A DNA stretch of 64,000 nucleotides from Candidatus Moanibacter sp. (GTDB lineage Bacteria; Verrucomicrobiota; Verrucomicrobiia; Opitutales; UBA2987): contig CBDCEW010000081.1 of assembly GCA_965215885.1 (NCBI GenBank), forward strand, positions 1-64,000, in the 5' to 3' direction. Within the stretch, counting starts at the first letter, position 1. Every line of letters starts with the position of its first letter. A model generated the notes under the pieces. The model saw only the letters and a list, made by a program, of their open reading frames with translations. It searched no databases and was not told the DNA's origin. The position numbers and the translations under genes are program-made. This document shows, in pieces, positions 9,884 to 20,191 of this stretch.

Positions 9884-11824
9884 TCTTTGTACATCACGAA
9901 GGGATAATCGTTGCTCTGTTGAGTGTCGTGCACGAGGATGCGCCGCCGATCGTGAGGCCACGACCCTCCGCCATCGGAGCTCACACAGGCTGTAATGGTG
10001 TGCCTCAGGCCCATTCCCGATTGAGTAACATCAAAATTGGAAGTCCAGACCAGAAGGAGGTCATCGGATCCCGGAATCCGTGTCAGATGGGCAGGAGCGA
10101 CCGAACTGATCACTTCCATGCTTTTGGGCAACGACCATGATTCACCTCCATCTGCTGATTCACTGAAAAACTGGGTGCCCATGGCCGTTCTTATGGTCAT
10201 GAGGATGCTTCCATCTGACCTTTCGACAGCGAATGGTTCAATGCATCCCGATTCTATCCAGCCTTTGCCCGATCCGTTAGGCCAACGGACACGCGGTAAT
10301 TCAATGGGTTCGCACAGCGTCCAGGATTCTCCGGCGTCATCCGATCGGCCGACGCGAACATCCAGGTGGTGTTCATCCCAATCTTCCGAGCAGTGACAGG
10401 GGGCCAGGAATCGGCCCGTCGATAGGATCGTGAAACTGTCGTGACGACCTGTCTTATAGTTGCCGGTTGCGACGATTGCAGGATCCGACCAGGTCGCGCC
10501 TTCATCTTCCGAGTAGCGAAAATGCCGTTCCGCGATCTTGGTGCTGATGCGATAACTGTGGACCATGCCAAGCCGGCCATCCGGTAGACGCCGCAGAGCC
10601 GGTGACATGGCGTTGAAACCGTTTTCGGGTGCGTAGACGAGAATCCATTCCTCGCCGACGGGGTCTCCCTCCGGTGAAATGCGTATGCCCGCTATATTCG
10701 ATCTGTCGTTATCGCTCCGACCCTCGTGGTTGGCGTAGGCGAAGAGGCAATGGTCGTCCGCAAATTCGACCATGTTCGGTTCGTCACGGCGGGGAAACTG
10801 TTCGTTTGCCTGTGCGAGAACTTTGGTGGGAAATGCGTAATACGGTGATGAGATCATAGCGAATTATAGAGTTTGGACATTACATTTTGGATTGTTTCGC
10901 ACATCAAGTCATTTTCGTAGGAAGATTGGGGTCAGTCCACAATTCTTGATTTCGCCGAACCTCCCTGGTTCTTGCCAGCCTGTGTTAGAAAAGCTGAACC
11001 TGAACCCACTTCGCTGCCGCTGAGCGTATTGGCGTTAACCTAGATCGTAAGGTGCTTTCTTTGAAAATCTTACATCTGGGCGAAGCAAACCTGGTGCAGG
11101 GAGCAGGAAAAGACTGACAGAGGCGGAAGCGTTAGGACGATGGGGAAGCTCCAAATGGAAAGCAAATTACAAAGAGTTAACCCACTGATGCAGTAGCCAT
11201 ACCACTGTTCCTTGCGGTGATCGATCAATGAAGGAGAAAAGCCCAACCCAGTCTTTATTCGAACATGGTAGCGAGGGTCACTGACAAGAACAGTGGTATG
11301 GGGCGGAGCCCACCGTGGGAAAAATCTTAAAAGAAAGCCCTTAAGCTTCAATTTCGCTCCAAAATCCGCCTTGGGTCTACGATGGACATGCGGTGCAGAT
11401 GCTTCGAATCGGCTCAGTGCAGGCTATGGGAGGATCGTCCAAACCTGTTCGCCCTTCCGACCTTGCTCCGTAGGAGAAAGCGGGCAGGCCTGCTTCGACG
11501 ATTCGACTAGCTCACCGCAGGCTGGCCAGCGGAAGCAGCAATCGGTCTAGTTGTAACAAGGTGGCGAGGTTCAAGCGGGAGAAATGCTTCCGCATACCTC
11601 CACAGCAAAGATACGACAACTAATTGAGTATAAGTAAATTACAAAAGTAAAGTTCACGCGTATGTGCTGAGCGGAACTACGAGGGTCAATAGCGGTCCAG
11701 CTACAGAGATATTGTATATCATCGATAAGGGTAGCCGGATCGCCTGTGGTGAGCACCGTCGAACTGCTGCGCGATTCGGACTTTCTTGGCAGAGTCGGTT
11801 CCCGTCGCGCGTTCCTGGGGTAGG

Positions 11825-13447
11825 TCAGTGCCTCTTTCCCTCGCGTTCCAAATAATACATGAGCCGGTAATTATTGGCTTCCTGGCTGTTTTGCTTGCCG
11901 ATGAGGGTTTGAAATCGCAATGCATCTTCACTGTTCGCAACCCGACTGTAAGCCGCGATCAAACTGTCGTTTCGCCGGATGCCGGTCGTGTGGCGCTTCG
12001 AGAGACGCGCGAGATTCTCGTCCAGAAGGCGTGCAAAGTCCTTCTCGATGGTTTCGATAAATACATCCACTCCGCCGTTGCGGTCTGTCAGCAGATAAAA
12101 ATTCGCGAGAAACAGGGTGTAAACATCCGGGATATTACCGCTATCAAAAAAGCCTATTCCCGGGGGATACCCGTCGCGAATCGGCACAAAGGCCTCCTTA
12201 CCTGGCGGCGTCGGGACCCCGTCGACAGGTGATAGATACTGGCTGATAGAGGTAAAGATCTGGTTACCCTTATAGCTGGTGAGGAAATGAAGAAAATCCA
12301 GGGCCGTCTCGAAGTTTGGTGAATTCCGGCTCAAGACAAACGGAATGCCCACTCCCTCCGCGCTCTCCGCCATCGCTCCAAAGGTGCCGAGTCCGTAGTC
12401 CGGATCGTCTGCCTTGGGAAACGGGAGCCTCCCGAGAATTCCAACCTCGAAATTCGCCAGTTCAATCAGGTTATGCGCATCGATACTGAATACTGGCGCC
12501 ATGAGGGCGCGGCCCTGTAGAAATTTAAATGTGGCCTCGTCCTGCATGCGTTGCAGAAATCCGCGATCCTGCGTAAGGTTGAAAGCGCGAATGGCGGCAA
12601 AGGTACTCTTAATTTCCGGATCGCGGAGCGACCACCGCCCGTCGACATATCCAAAATAGACGTCGTTTATGAGAGCGGCGGCGTTGTCATAATTCCAATC
12701 GCACTTACTCGCTACTTTCTGCGTCAGTCCCTGGAGGAGGCGATCCAGCGCGGGCGAGCTACGATCCTTCGACCCGGCAAGGGGCACGATATCGACCTGT
12801 TTGCGTTCTCCATACTCCCTTGTCTTCTCGGCGAGGGCGAGAAACTCGCGAAAATCTGTCGGCAGACGCGCCTCCGGTCCGTCGACGCGGGCCAAAAGGT
12901 CCAGGTTGATGAATATCCGCATCGAGTTCGACCCGGTCGGGAGCGCATAAAACTCTACCAGGCTCTCGTTGAACGACGTCGCGAGGTCGCCGCCGAAAGT
13001 CTCGCGCCACGGTACGCCTTCGAGAGATGTCCCCTCGTTGTAGGGATTGGGCTTATCGATGTACTCGCTCATGGGTGCGAAATGCCGGACGAGGTTGAGG
13101 TCGTCGATAAATTGTGACAGGTAATTGACGACGTCGGGCGGATTCTCGCCGATCATCCGGCTGAGCACCCACATCGGCCAAATACGCAATGGTACCGGGT
13201 TCTGCTGGACGATTACATCCGGGTGCATCTTCATGTAGGCGTCCGCCACCGCCTGGTAACCCGCAATGGTCGGCCCCTCCAATCGCCAATGAGCCATGCG
13301 AATGACCTTTCGGTCACCGGAGAACCGGCGCGCGGTGCGGCCAAACACATTCCAAAGTGAAAAGGCGAAAGCCGTCGCCAGCAGCGCGAACCCGATCGTG
13401 TTGATTATCTTACCGCGGAACATTCCATCATTCCATTTTTCCACCAT
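11825..13447 (-). CDS. ABC transporter sugar-type substrate-binding protein
   Basis: N-terminal hydrophobic anchor, IRMAHWRLE, YMKMHPDV, IFINLDLL, ALDFLHFLTS. Confidence 0.75.
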   Translation of the reverse strand: MVEKWNDGMFRGKIINTIGFALLATAFAFSLWNVFGRTARRFSGDRKVIRMAHWRLEGPTIAGYQAVADAYMKMHPDVIVQQNPVPLRIWPMWVLSRMIGENPPDVVNYLSQFIDDLNLVRHFAPMSEYIDKPNPYNEGTSLEGVPWRETFGGDLATSFNESLVEFYALPTGSNSMRIFINLDLLARVDGPEARLPTDFREFLALAEKTREYGERKQVDIVPLAGSKDRSSPALDRLLQGLTQKVASKCDWNYDNAAALINDVYFGYVDGRWSLRDPEIKSTFAAIRAFNLTQDRGFLQRMQDEATFKFLQGRALMAPVFSIDAHNLIELANFEVGILGRLPFPKADDPDYGLGTFGAMAESAEGVGIPFVLSRNSPNFETALDFLHFLTSYKGNQIFTSISQYLSPVDGVPTPPGKEAFVPIRDGYPPGIGFFDSGNIPDVYTLFLANFYLLTDRNGGVDVFIETIEKDFARLLDENLARLSKRHTTGIRRNDSLIAAYSRVANSEDALRFQTLIGKQNSQEANNYRLMYYLEREGKRH

Positions 13448-14399
13448 TCCGGTTCGACTCCGTCACCCCACCATTCCAATCTTCCACTGCTCCATCACTC
13501 CAATCCTTCAGCTCTTCAATCCGTTCCCTAATCATGAACGAGAAGGAGCTTTCCGGACGCATCTGAAGAAAGCGCCGGTAGCTGCTCAGCGCCAAGTCTC
13601 GTTTTCCAAGCTCATAGGCGATGTTGGCGATTTGAAGGAAATCGTTGCCGAGATCGATGATTTCAAAGCTTCCCAAGGCCCTTGCTGCGAGGAGGTGCTC
13701 GAGCGCCTGCTCCCTGCCCAGCTCGAAAAAGAGGTAGCCGGCGGCCATTACAGTGTGGAACTGATTCCTTGCAAATGCTGATTGTAGAAAGCCCGCTTCT
13801 TTCTCCAGCGACAGTAAGGTCTCCGTCGACGGCCGATTCTTGGGATCGGCGTAAAGCCGAATGATGGTCATTTTTGTGAATGCCAACTGGGATGCTAAAT
13901 GTTCCGGATAGAGTTCGATGAGGTCGCGGTAGAAACGGAGCGCCTGGGCCATATTTGGTTCCGTGCGATGGAGCTGATCAATCCGGCCGCGGTAGTAAAG
14001 CGTCCACGCTTTCAGGTCATCCCCCGCCGCCGAGGTGACGATCGGTTCAAGCAATGAGTAAGCCTTTTCAATATTGCCCGATGTGCGGGGCTGCACGCTC
14101 AGGAGTGTCACTGCCCGGGCGAATGCACTTCGCCACGTTTCCTCGCCCGATTTAGGTTTGTAGTCCCGCAGACGCTTCTCCGCTTCCTTGAATTGCAGCG
14201 TTCGATTCAACGCCCAGGCCTCGTCTAAGGTTTGCGAGGAGGGGTAGGCTAAAGTGTTTGCCGCGAGAATCAACATCAGGAGAGTTAGGCGGTAGCGGCT
14301 CGACTTGCCGCCTTGCCGCAAAGATCGGCCAGGTTCCAATATTTGCCGTCTGTCTCTCAGTCCCGGTTCGGAGCCGAATCTCATCCTCACTAAGAGCAA
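13428..14399 (-). CDS. Tetratricopeptide-repeat-like exported protein (start probably near 14276)
   Basis: Helical repeats such as ALRFYRDLIELYPEH and ALSSYRRFLQMRPES; hydrophobic signal-like stretch. Confidence 0.6.
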   Translation of the reverse strand: MLLVRMRFGSEPGLRDRRQILEPGRSLRQGGKSSRYRLTLLMLILAANTLAYPSSQTLDEAWALNRTLQFKEAEKRLRDYKPKSGEETWRSAFARAVTLLSVQPRTSGNIEKAYSLLEPIVTSAAGDDLKAWTLYYRGRIDQLHRTEPNMAQALRFYRDLIELYPEHLASQLAFTKMTIIRLYADPKNRPSTETLLSLEKEAGFLQSAFARNQFHTVMAAGYLFFELGREQALEHLLAARALGSFEIIDLGNDFLQIANIAYELGKRDLALSSYRRFLQMRPESSFSFMIRERIEELKDWSDGAVEDWNGGVTESNRNGGKME

Positions 14400-14459
14400 T
14401 GAGACGGTAGCGCTGTGTCTAGCCTAATTGCACGACCTCCGACACAAACGTGAAGTGCG

Positions 14460-14549
14460 ACCCACCCCTATCCCCTCCCAGGAGGGGATCTGTTCACTTT
14501 GGGGGTTTATCGATCAAGTTCCCCTCCTGCGGAGGGGTTAGGGGTGGGT
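14460..14549. repeat. REP doublet, family ACCCACCCCTANCCCCTCCCAGGAGGGG
   Basis: Inverted arms; second copy at 41033-41120. Confidence 0.8.
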
Positions 14550-14581
14550 TCTTCCCAAGTGAAATTATCATCAAATAAACG

Positions 14582-15030
14582 TTAGACATTCGTCTGCCAT
14601 AAATCCGCCAGCCGATCCGCGATATCCGGAAGCACCGGCAGCGGCGAGCTCGGTATTGGTTCATACCAGAAGCTGGAGCAGCACCAGTCGTCCTGCCGTT
14701 CAAAAAGAATCGCATTCTCTATGCCGAGTTGCTGGATGGTGACTCGAATGTCTTCTTTCCAGTAAACAGGATCGGGCAGATGCCAACGGTAAAAAGAGAC
14801 AAACTCTTCGCGGCACAGAGTGCATCCTCCGTAGGGGTGGCAGGTTTCCTGGACCGCGAATCCGAGAGTAGCATAGTCTTCCGTACCCGTGAAGCAGATG
14901 GTCGGGAACTCGCGGTCCCCGTCGAGATAGATCTTCGCCTCCCCTTCGCCCCACCAGTGCTCCAGATCCAGAATGAGGACACCGATGACAGTTCCCATAT
15001 ACCGACCTCTGCCACTGCGTCGGGGCAAAA
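14582..15030 (-). pseudogene. C-terminal fragment of a DUF2961/GH172-type protein
   Basis: GRGRYMGT, WWGEGEAKIYLDGD, TICFTGTEDY, YRWHLPDPVYW; N-terminal half absent. Confidence 0.7.
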
Positions 15031-15392
15031 TTTCGAAATCCTCCTTTAAAGTAGTTGGATTTTCTAACGAGATCGACCGCGATTCCAGGCCAGCGTCCAG
15101 TTCGAATGGGCGGCCAACGAGGTCAAACTGTGATAGAGATCCATCGAGTTTCACGACCGCAAGAGATTAGGCTGCTTTAAAGGATTGTCGAGAGTCATAA
15201 GCCAGGTGACGGCAACGCCATTTCTGTCACGCACGGGAGCCCAGCGCCGAGCTCTGAAACGCTCATACAGAAAACCGGAGGATGCCTTGTGATGAGGGCC
15301 TGATGAGATATTTCACTTGAGAATTCATCACAGCTTGCAATGGGGTCGCTGGCTCTTTCAAGGATCATCGTGCGCCTTGTTTTACCGCGAGG

Positions 15393-15487
15393 GTAGGAAG
15401 CTCGCTCGCGAGCGATCCAGATCCCTTGATGTTCCCTTCGGCCGCCCCTCGACGAAGCTCGGGGTCTGCGACAAGCGGCCTTCCTAC
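15393..15487. repeat. GTAG-type REP (GTAGGAAGCTCGCTCGCGAGCGAT)
   Basis: Same unit forms a doublet at 28881-28950. Confidence 0.6.
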
Positions 15488-15614
15488 GCCTGACGGTCTT
15501 CGAAAAGCTAAACAGGGGCAATTCCGCTTAAGGGGGTTTCAGCCCGATCCGGATAGTCAATAAACTGTGATCGTGCCGCCAACGAAACATACTCGGGTGC
15601 TGAGATTTCCGGAA

Positions 15615-16355
15615 TTAAACCACCTGCTCGACCGAGCGAACGAGCACATCGCATACCTGGACGTGCCTCGGCGCGGAAAGTATATTCACCGCTACGTCAG
15701 CGATATCTTCCGGTTCAAGGGGGCGGTATTCGTATTCGTGCGGAGCGCGATCGTGCCATTCCGTTCGAACCAGGCCGGGAGATATCATGGCAACTTTAAT
15801 CGTGCTCTTCCGTGATGCCAATTCCCCGCGAAGACCGTCGGTTAGGACTCGTAGTGTGTGTTTGCTGGCGCTGTAGGTTACGGAGCTGCGTCCAGCTACC
15901 ACGCGATGCGCATTCATGGATGAGATGTTGATGATAGCCGCATCCTCCTTCCCTTCCATGTCCTGAAGGGCTTCCTGCATGCAGAGGCCGACCGCACGCA
16001 CGTTTAAGTCCAGGCAGCTCTCGATGGTCGCCCAATCGACCTTTGCGAATCCATGGCCGCCGCTCACACCAGCATTATTCACGAGGATGTCTAACCCGCC
16101 CCAGGAATCTCGAATCTTACGAAAGAAGCCGCGATTCGTATCTTCCTTCCGCTGGTCACCCTCCAACGCTAGGACTGCTCCGCCGTCCTGCTCGAGCGAC
16201 TTTTTCAAGGCATTGAGTCGTTCAACCCGGCGCCCCGTGATGGCGACCCTTATGCCAAGTCTCGAAAACTTAACCGCAATAGCGCGTCCGATTCCCGAGG
16301 TAGCGCCCGTAACCAGTGCAACCTTTCCTTTCCAACGTTCGATTCCGAAGCTCAT
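15615..16355 (-). CDS. Short-chain dehydrogenase/reductase
   Basis: TGATSGIG, LVNNAG, YSASK catalytic motif. Confidence 0.9.
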   Translation of the reverse strand: MSFGIERWKGKVALVTGATSGIGRAIAVKFSRLGIRVAITGRRVERLNALKKSLEQDGGAVLALEGDQRKEDTNRGFFRKIRDSWGGLDILVNNAGVSGGHGFAKVDWATIESCLDLNVRAVGLCMQEALQDMEGKEDAAIINISSMNAHRVVAGRSSVTYSASKHTLRVLTDGLRGELASRKSTIKVAMISPGLVRTEWHDRAPHEYEYRPLEPEDIADVAVNILSAPRHVQVCDVLVRSVEQVV

Positions 16356-16580
16356 GGGATGGCATTTTGACACCCGGATTCCAGAAGACAATACAGCAGG
16401 TCTTATTACTCCCCAATTGGATAGTAATTCTCTGTCATCGCGAGCCGGTCGAAGGGAGGCGCGGCGATCCAGGTATCGAATCACGGTGTCATTGCGAGGA
16501 AGATGCAGAAAGGCCACCTACCGTAGCGGAATCCGGAAGGATTTCGATCAGATCCTAAAATTTGCCCGAGTCGTAGCGTC

Positions 16581-17381
16581 TTACCCCATCGTCAAACCGC
16601 CGTCTACAGCAATTGCCTGGCCGGTGATGTTGCGGGCTTCCTCTGAAGCAAGAAAGACGACGAGATTACCGATATCCTCTGGTGATTGATCCCTCCCCAT
16701 CGGCGTGTTCTTGGTGACGATGTCGTCATACATGGCTCGGGCTTCCATCCCCTCATAAGCTGGATTATCACGGGCAAGGAGAGGCGCCAACCGATGCCAG
16801 AAATTCGTCCAGACGAAACCGGGACAGACTGCGTTGACGTTGATGTTATGGGGACCGAGGTCCTTGGCCATGACACGTGTCAAACTTAAGAGGGCGTTCT
16901 TGGCTGCGGCATAGGCCGGAACAAACTGCGGGTCACGTTTCGCCGCGATTGAAGAGATGTTGATGATCTTGCCGGACTTACGCTCAATCATGTGCGGCGC
17001 CAATGCCTTGCTGAGAAAAAATGGGCCTTTGACGTGTACCGCGAAATTATCGTCCCACTCAGCTTCGGTGTGCTGGGTGAAGGGTGCACCTACCACCTTA
17101 CCGAAATGCCCCGCGTTGTTTACCAGAATGTCCACTTGGCCGAACGTCTGTATCGCCTTCTCCAGGAGGGTCCGGCAGTCTTCTTCTCGAGTGACGTCCG
17201 ATTTCACGGCGAGCCCTCGGCGGCCTAAATTGCTGATCTCCTCAATGCGCTTCTCCGCCCTCTCTACCTCGAGGTCCGACACCACGATGTCGGCGCCTTC
17301 CCGCGCCAGGCAGCTGCAGATTCCGTTCCCCATCCCGCCACCACCGCCCGTAACAATCGCCACTTTGTTTTCTAACCGCAT
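16581..17381 (-). CDS. Short-chain dehydrogenase/reductase
   Basis: TGGGGGMG, LVNNAG, YAAAK, ITGQAIAVDGG. Confidence 0.9.
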   Translation of the reverse strand: MRLENKVAIVTGGGGGMGNGICSCLAREGADIVVSDLEVERAEKRIEEISNLGRRGLAVKSDVTREEDCRTLLEKAIQTFGQVDILVNNAGHFGKVVGAPFTQHTEAEWDDNFAVHVKGPFFLSKALAPHMIERKSGKIINISSIAAKRDPQFVPAYAAAKNALLSLTRVMAKDLGPHNINVNAVCPGFVWTNFWHRLAPLLARDNPAYEGMEARAMYDDIVTKNTPMGRDQSPEDIGNLVVFLASEEARNITGQAIAVDGGLTMG

Positions 17382-17589
17382 AGGCACATTTTCTACCGCT
17401 CTTTGCGAATAAGGCGAAGATAAAATGTCAACCATGAGAACTTCATCGGGCCCCGCCTGAAAGGTGGTCTCAGGCGATGCCAGCACGTTGCTTTCAGAGA
17501 TGCTGTCTTCCATCCGAAAACTAACGGTGCAAATCTTTATGAATCGATGTACCTGTTTAGCGTTTCTGAGGCTGCCTCGGTCTTGCGCC

Positions 17590-18963
17590 CATAAGCGCTA
17601 ACTTGTTTGCTTGACATAGTGCATTTCCTGCTGTGGACTTCCGCAACAGGTTAGCAGAATTGAAGGGAGGTCGACCATGATGGATGAAGACTGGAGCGTG
17701 CTGATGTCTTTTTTCCCGCCGCAATGGAAAGAATTGGCTAAGAAGACCAACGCGTTGAAGGGATTGCGCCGGGACAAGGCACCTGGGAAGTTGCTGAGGA
17801 TTCTGATGGTGCACCTGGCATGTGGGTATTCGCTGCGCGAAACCGTGGTGCGTGCGCGCCAGGCGCAGTTGGCGGAACTGTCAGACGTAGCGTTGCTGAA
17901 GCGGCTGCGCAAGTGCAAGGACTGGCTTTATTCGCTGTGCGTGGCATTGTTTCGCGAGCGTGGCCTGGATTTGGGGGCGGTGGGGCAACGGGAGTTTCGT
18001 CTGATCGATGCGACGATGGTGAAGGAACCCGGGAAGACGGGCAGCTTGTGGCGTGTGCACTATAGCTTGCGAGTTCCTTCGATGGCGTGCGATTTTTTCA
18101 AACTTACGCCAGCGCAAGGTGAAGGCACCGGCGAGTCGCTTAGACAGTTTCCGCTGGCAGCAGGTGACTACGTGATCGCCGATCGGGGATACTGCCAGGC
18201 TTCCGGGCTTCAATATGCAGCCTCCCAAGGGGCTTTTGTAAGTATACGGCTGGCACCGCACAACATACGGCTGCTCGATCCTCGGGGAGAGGTTCTGAAC
18301 CTGACCGCCTGCCTGGAGCAGATCGGGGCCGGTGGCAAGGTGGGCGCTTGGCCAGTCATGGTGCCCGCATCGGATCAGCCCCCGTTGCCAGCGCGGGTGT
18401 GTGCCATCCGCAAAAGCGAGCAAGCGATCGCCATGGCCCACAAGAGATTGCGGCGAATCGCCAGCAGGCGGGGCGAGAAGCTGATGCCCGAAACGCTCTA
18501 TTACGCCGAATACGTCATGGTGCTGACGACTTTTCCTGAATCGCTCTTTTCCGCACTGGAGGTGCTCGAATGGTATCGTATCCGCTGGCAGGTGGAACTG
18601 GTCTTCAAACGATTCAAACAGATCGCACAGTTAGGACATCTGCCTAAGTATGACGATGAAAGCGCCAAGGCGTGGCTCTATGGCAAGCTCTTCGCGGCCC
18701 TGATCACCGAGAAGATCATTCAAAGTGCGATCTCTATTTCCCCCTGGGGATATGTCCTGGAGCCGGAAAAAACAGCAGAGTCGATGGCGTGAGTTTGCCT
18801 TCGTCTTCCATCAACTCCAGCGGGCCGTCGATCCCGCTGTGCCTTTGCGACAAGTGATAGAAAATTGGAACGATATAGCTCAAGGCTTAGCAGAGTCTCC
18901 ACGGCAACGCCGACCACAGTTAGAGGTCAGATTCCCAGGTCAGCAAACAAGTTAGCGCTTATG
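17590..18963 (+). mobile_element. IS4-family (IS186/IS231-group-like) insertion sequence
   Basis: 22-bp perfect TIR CATAAGCGCTAACTTGTTTGCT, recalled as resembling IS186 ends; 11-bp duplication GGTCTTG(C/T)GCC. Confidence 0.9.
17677..18792 (+). CDS. IS4-family DDE transposase
   Basis: LIDAT, IADRGY, YRIRWQVELVFKRFK (YREK motif); SD GGGAGG upstream. Confidence 0.92.
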   Translation: MMDEDWSVLMSFFPPQWKELAKKTNALKGLRRDKAPGKLLRILMVHLACGYSLRETVVRARQAQLAELSDVALLKRLRKCKDWLYSLCVALFRERGLDLGAVGQREFRLIDATMVKEPGKTGSLWRVHYSLRVPSMACDFFKLTPAQGEGTGESLRQFPLAAGDYVIADRGYCQASGLQYAASQGAFVSIRLAPHNIRLLDPRGEVLNLTACLEQIGAGGKVGAWPVMVPASDQPPLPARVCAIRKSEQAIAMAHKRLRRIASRRGEKLMPETLYYAEYVMVLTTFPESLFSALEVLEWYRIRWQVELVFKRFKQIAQLGHLPKYDDESAKAWLYGKLFAALITEKIIQSAISISPWGYVLEPEKTAESMA

Positions 18964-19473
18964 GGTCTTGTGCCGGGGTGGTGCACGCTATACAGCTACA
19001 ATAGGCGATTGCCACCGCCCGCCCCTCCACCGTTCCTTTCTCGCCTCAGTCCCGGCGCGACGCGCCGGGACTGAGGCGAGAAAGGAACGCTGGAGGGGCG
19101 GGTAGAAGCACACGGCTGATAGCAGGGAACGCGCGACACCCCGGCGCAAGACCCATAATTACGAAATTGGGTTGGAGAACCCAAAGTAAATGTTATTCAG
19201 GCACTTGCAAGATTCTATTGATTACATAGTATGCCAGAATGGAGTTTCAACGATTGTTGTGTGTGGGTTCGTTAGAGGTAGAGAGCTTTTCTTGCAGGTT
19301 TGTTTTCAGTTAGAAACTTGTTGAGTATTAATCAGTTACAAAAGCGCTTTGAACGGGGAGTTGATTTCTGGTGGCAATTGAGTAGAAGCGAAGGGAGCTG
19401 GAGAAAGTTGGTATTGGCATTGTATGTAAAAGAAAGTTTGCAGTTTTGCCTCCTTTCCATACTGTGCCGGTGC

Positions 19474-20190
19474 ATGCAAGAAGAGCTTTCGCGTAAAGAG
19501 AGGGAGGTGGTCGAAGCGGTACGGCGGGATCGGGTAAGCACGGTGTGGAGGCTGATGAAGGAGCAGAGGGTGTCGCGGCGAACGGTCTATCGGGCTTTGC
19601 AAAAATATGGCCATTACTCCAGTTACAATGCCAATTGTGGCTACCTGAGCTTGAAAGACATTCCGCGCTTTGACGGGGCCGGTTTGTGGCGTTTTCGCAA
19701 GGGGCGCTTTTCGCGCCACGGCACCTTGGAGGAGACCGTGGAGGCGGTGGTGGGAGCTTCGCTTTGCGGCTACACGGTGGCTGAGTTGGAGACCCTCCTT
19801 GGGGTACGGGTGCACAACCCCATAAGCGTGCTTTGTAGAAAGAAGCGGTTGAGTCGATACGATGAAGGGCGTCACTGCGTGTATGTCTCGGCCGGGGAAC
19901 AGGGCGGGGCCGAACAGAAAAAGCGGCGGCAAGGGCGAAGAACAGCGGCACAAGTTCAGGCAGGGGACCCCGGGGGCGCTTTGCAGGCAGCTCCCGAAGG
20001 GCTCGAAACGATGGTCGTGATCGCTTTGCTGGTCGCCTGTATCGGCCATCCCGAGGCCGGGGTCAAGGAGCTTGTCGAGCTTATGCAAGAGCAGGGAGTA
20101 GAGCTGAGCGGGGAGCAAATTGAGCGGGTGATGGCGTTTTACTCGCTCAAAAAAAAACCGGCCGATCGCGGTAGCGGAGCTGTTACATGA
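19474..20190 (+). CDS. IS OrfA, putative HTH DNA-binding accessory protein
   Basis: HTH-like VSRRTVYRAL and GYTVAELETLLGV; conserved in both copies. The upstream extension has a stop in copy 2, favouring ATG 19474. Confidence 0.7.
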   Translation: MQEELSRKEREVVEAVRRDRVSTVWRLMKEQRVSRRTVYRALQKYGHYSSYNANCGYLSLKDIPRFDGAGLWRFRKGRFSRHGTLEETVEAVVGASLCGYTVAELETLLGVRVHNPISVLCRKKRLSRYDEGRHCVYVSAGEQGGAEQKKRRQGRRTAAQVQAGDPGGALQAAPEGLETMVVIALLVACIGHPEAGVKELVELMQEQGVELSGEQIERVMAFYSLKKKPADRGSGAVT

Positions 20191-20191
20191 T

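Larger units (their letters stand above)
7862..10857 (-). pseudogene. BNR/Asp-box sialidase-like protein interrupted by the ISAs1 element
   Basis: Multiple Asp-boxes in 9871-10857. Removing the IS restores YPFVMYKD|NEAWIVLRH...MRVPIDWFYGSDGS*, matching the C-terminus of the paralog at 25862. Confidence 0.85.

Noticed and set aside
11350..11800. Possible gene remnants in 11350-11800, and likewise in 24120-24500
   Set aside because: No motif I could assign with confidence.
19154..19473. Guide/bridge RNA in the left end of the two-ORF element
   Set aside because: Only 6-nt matches to the target (GCAAGA, TCTTGC), one of which differs in copy 2, and the transposase is DDE-type rather than IS110-type. 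Unsupported without transcript or covariation data.
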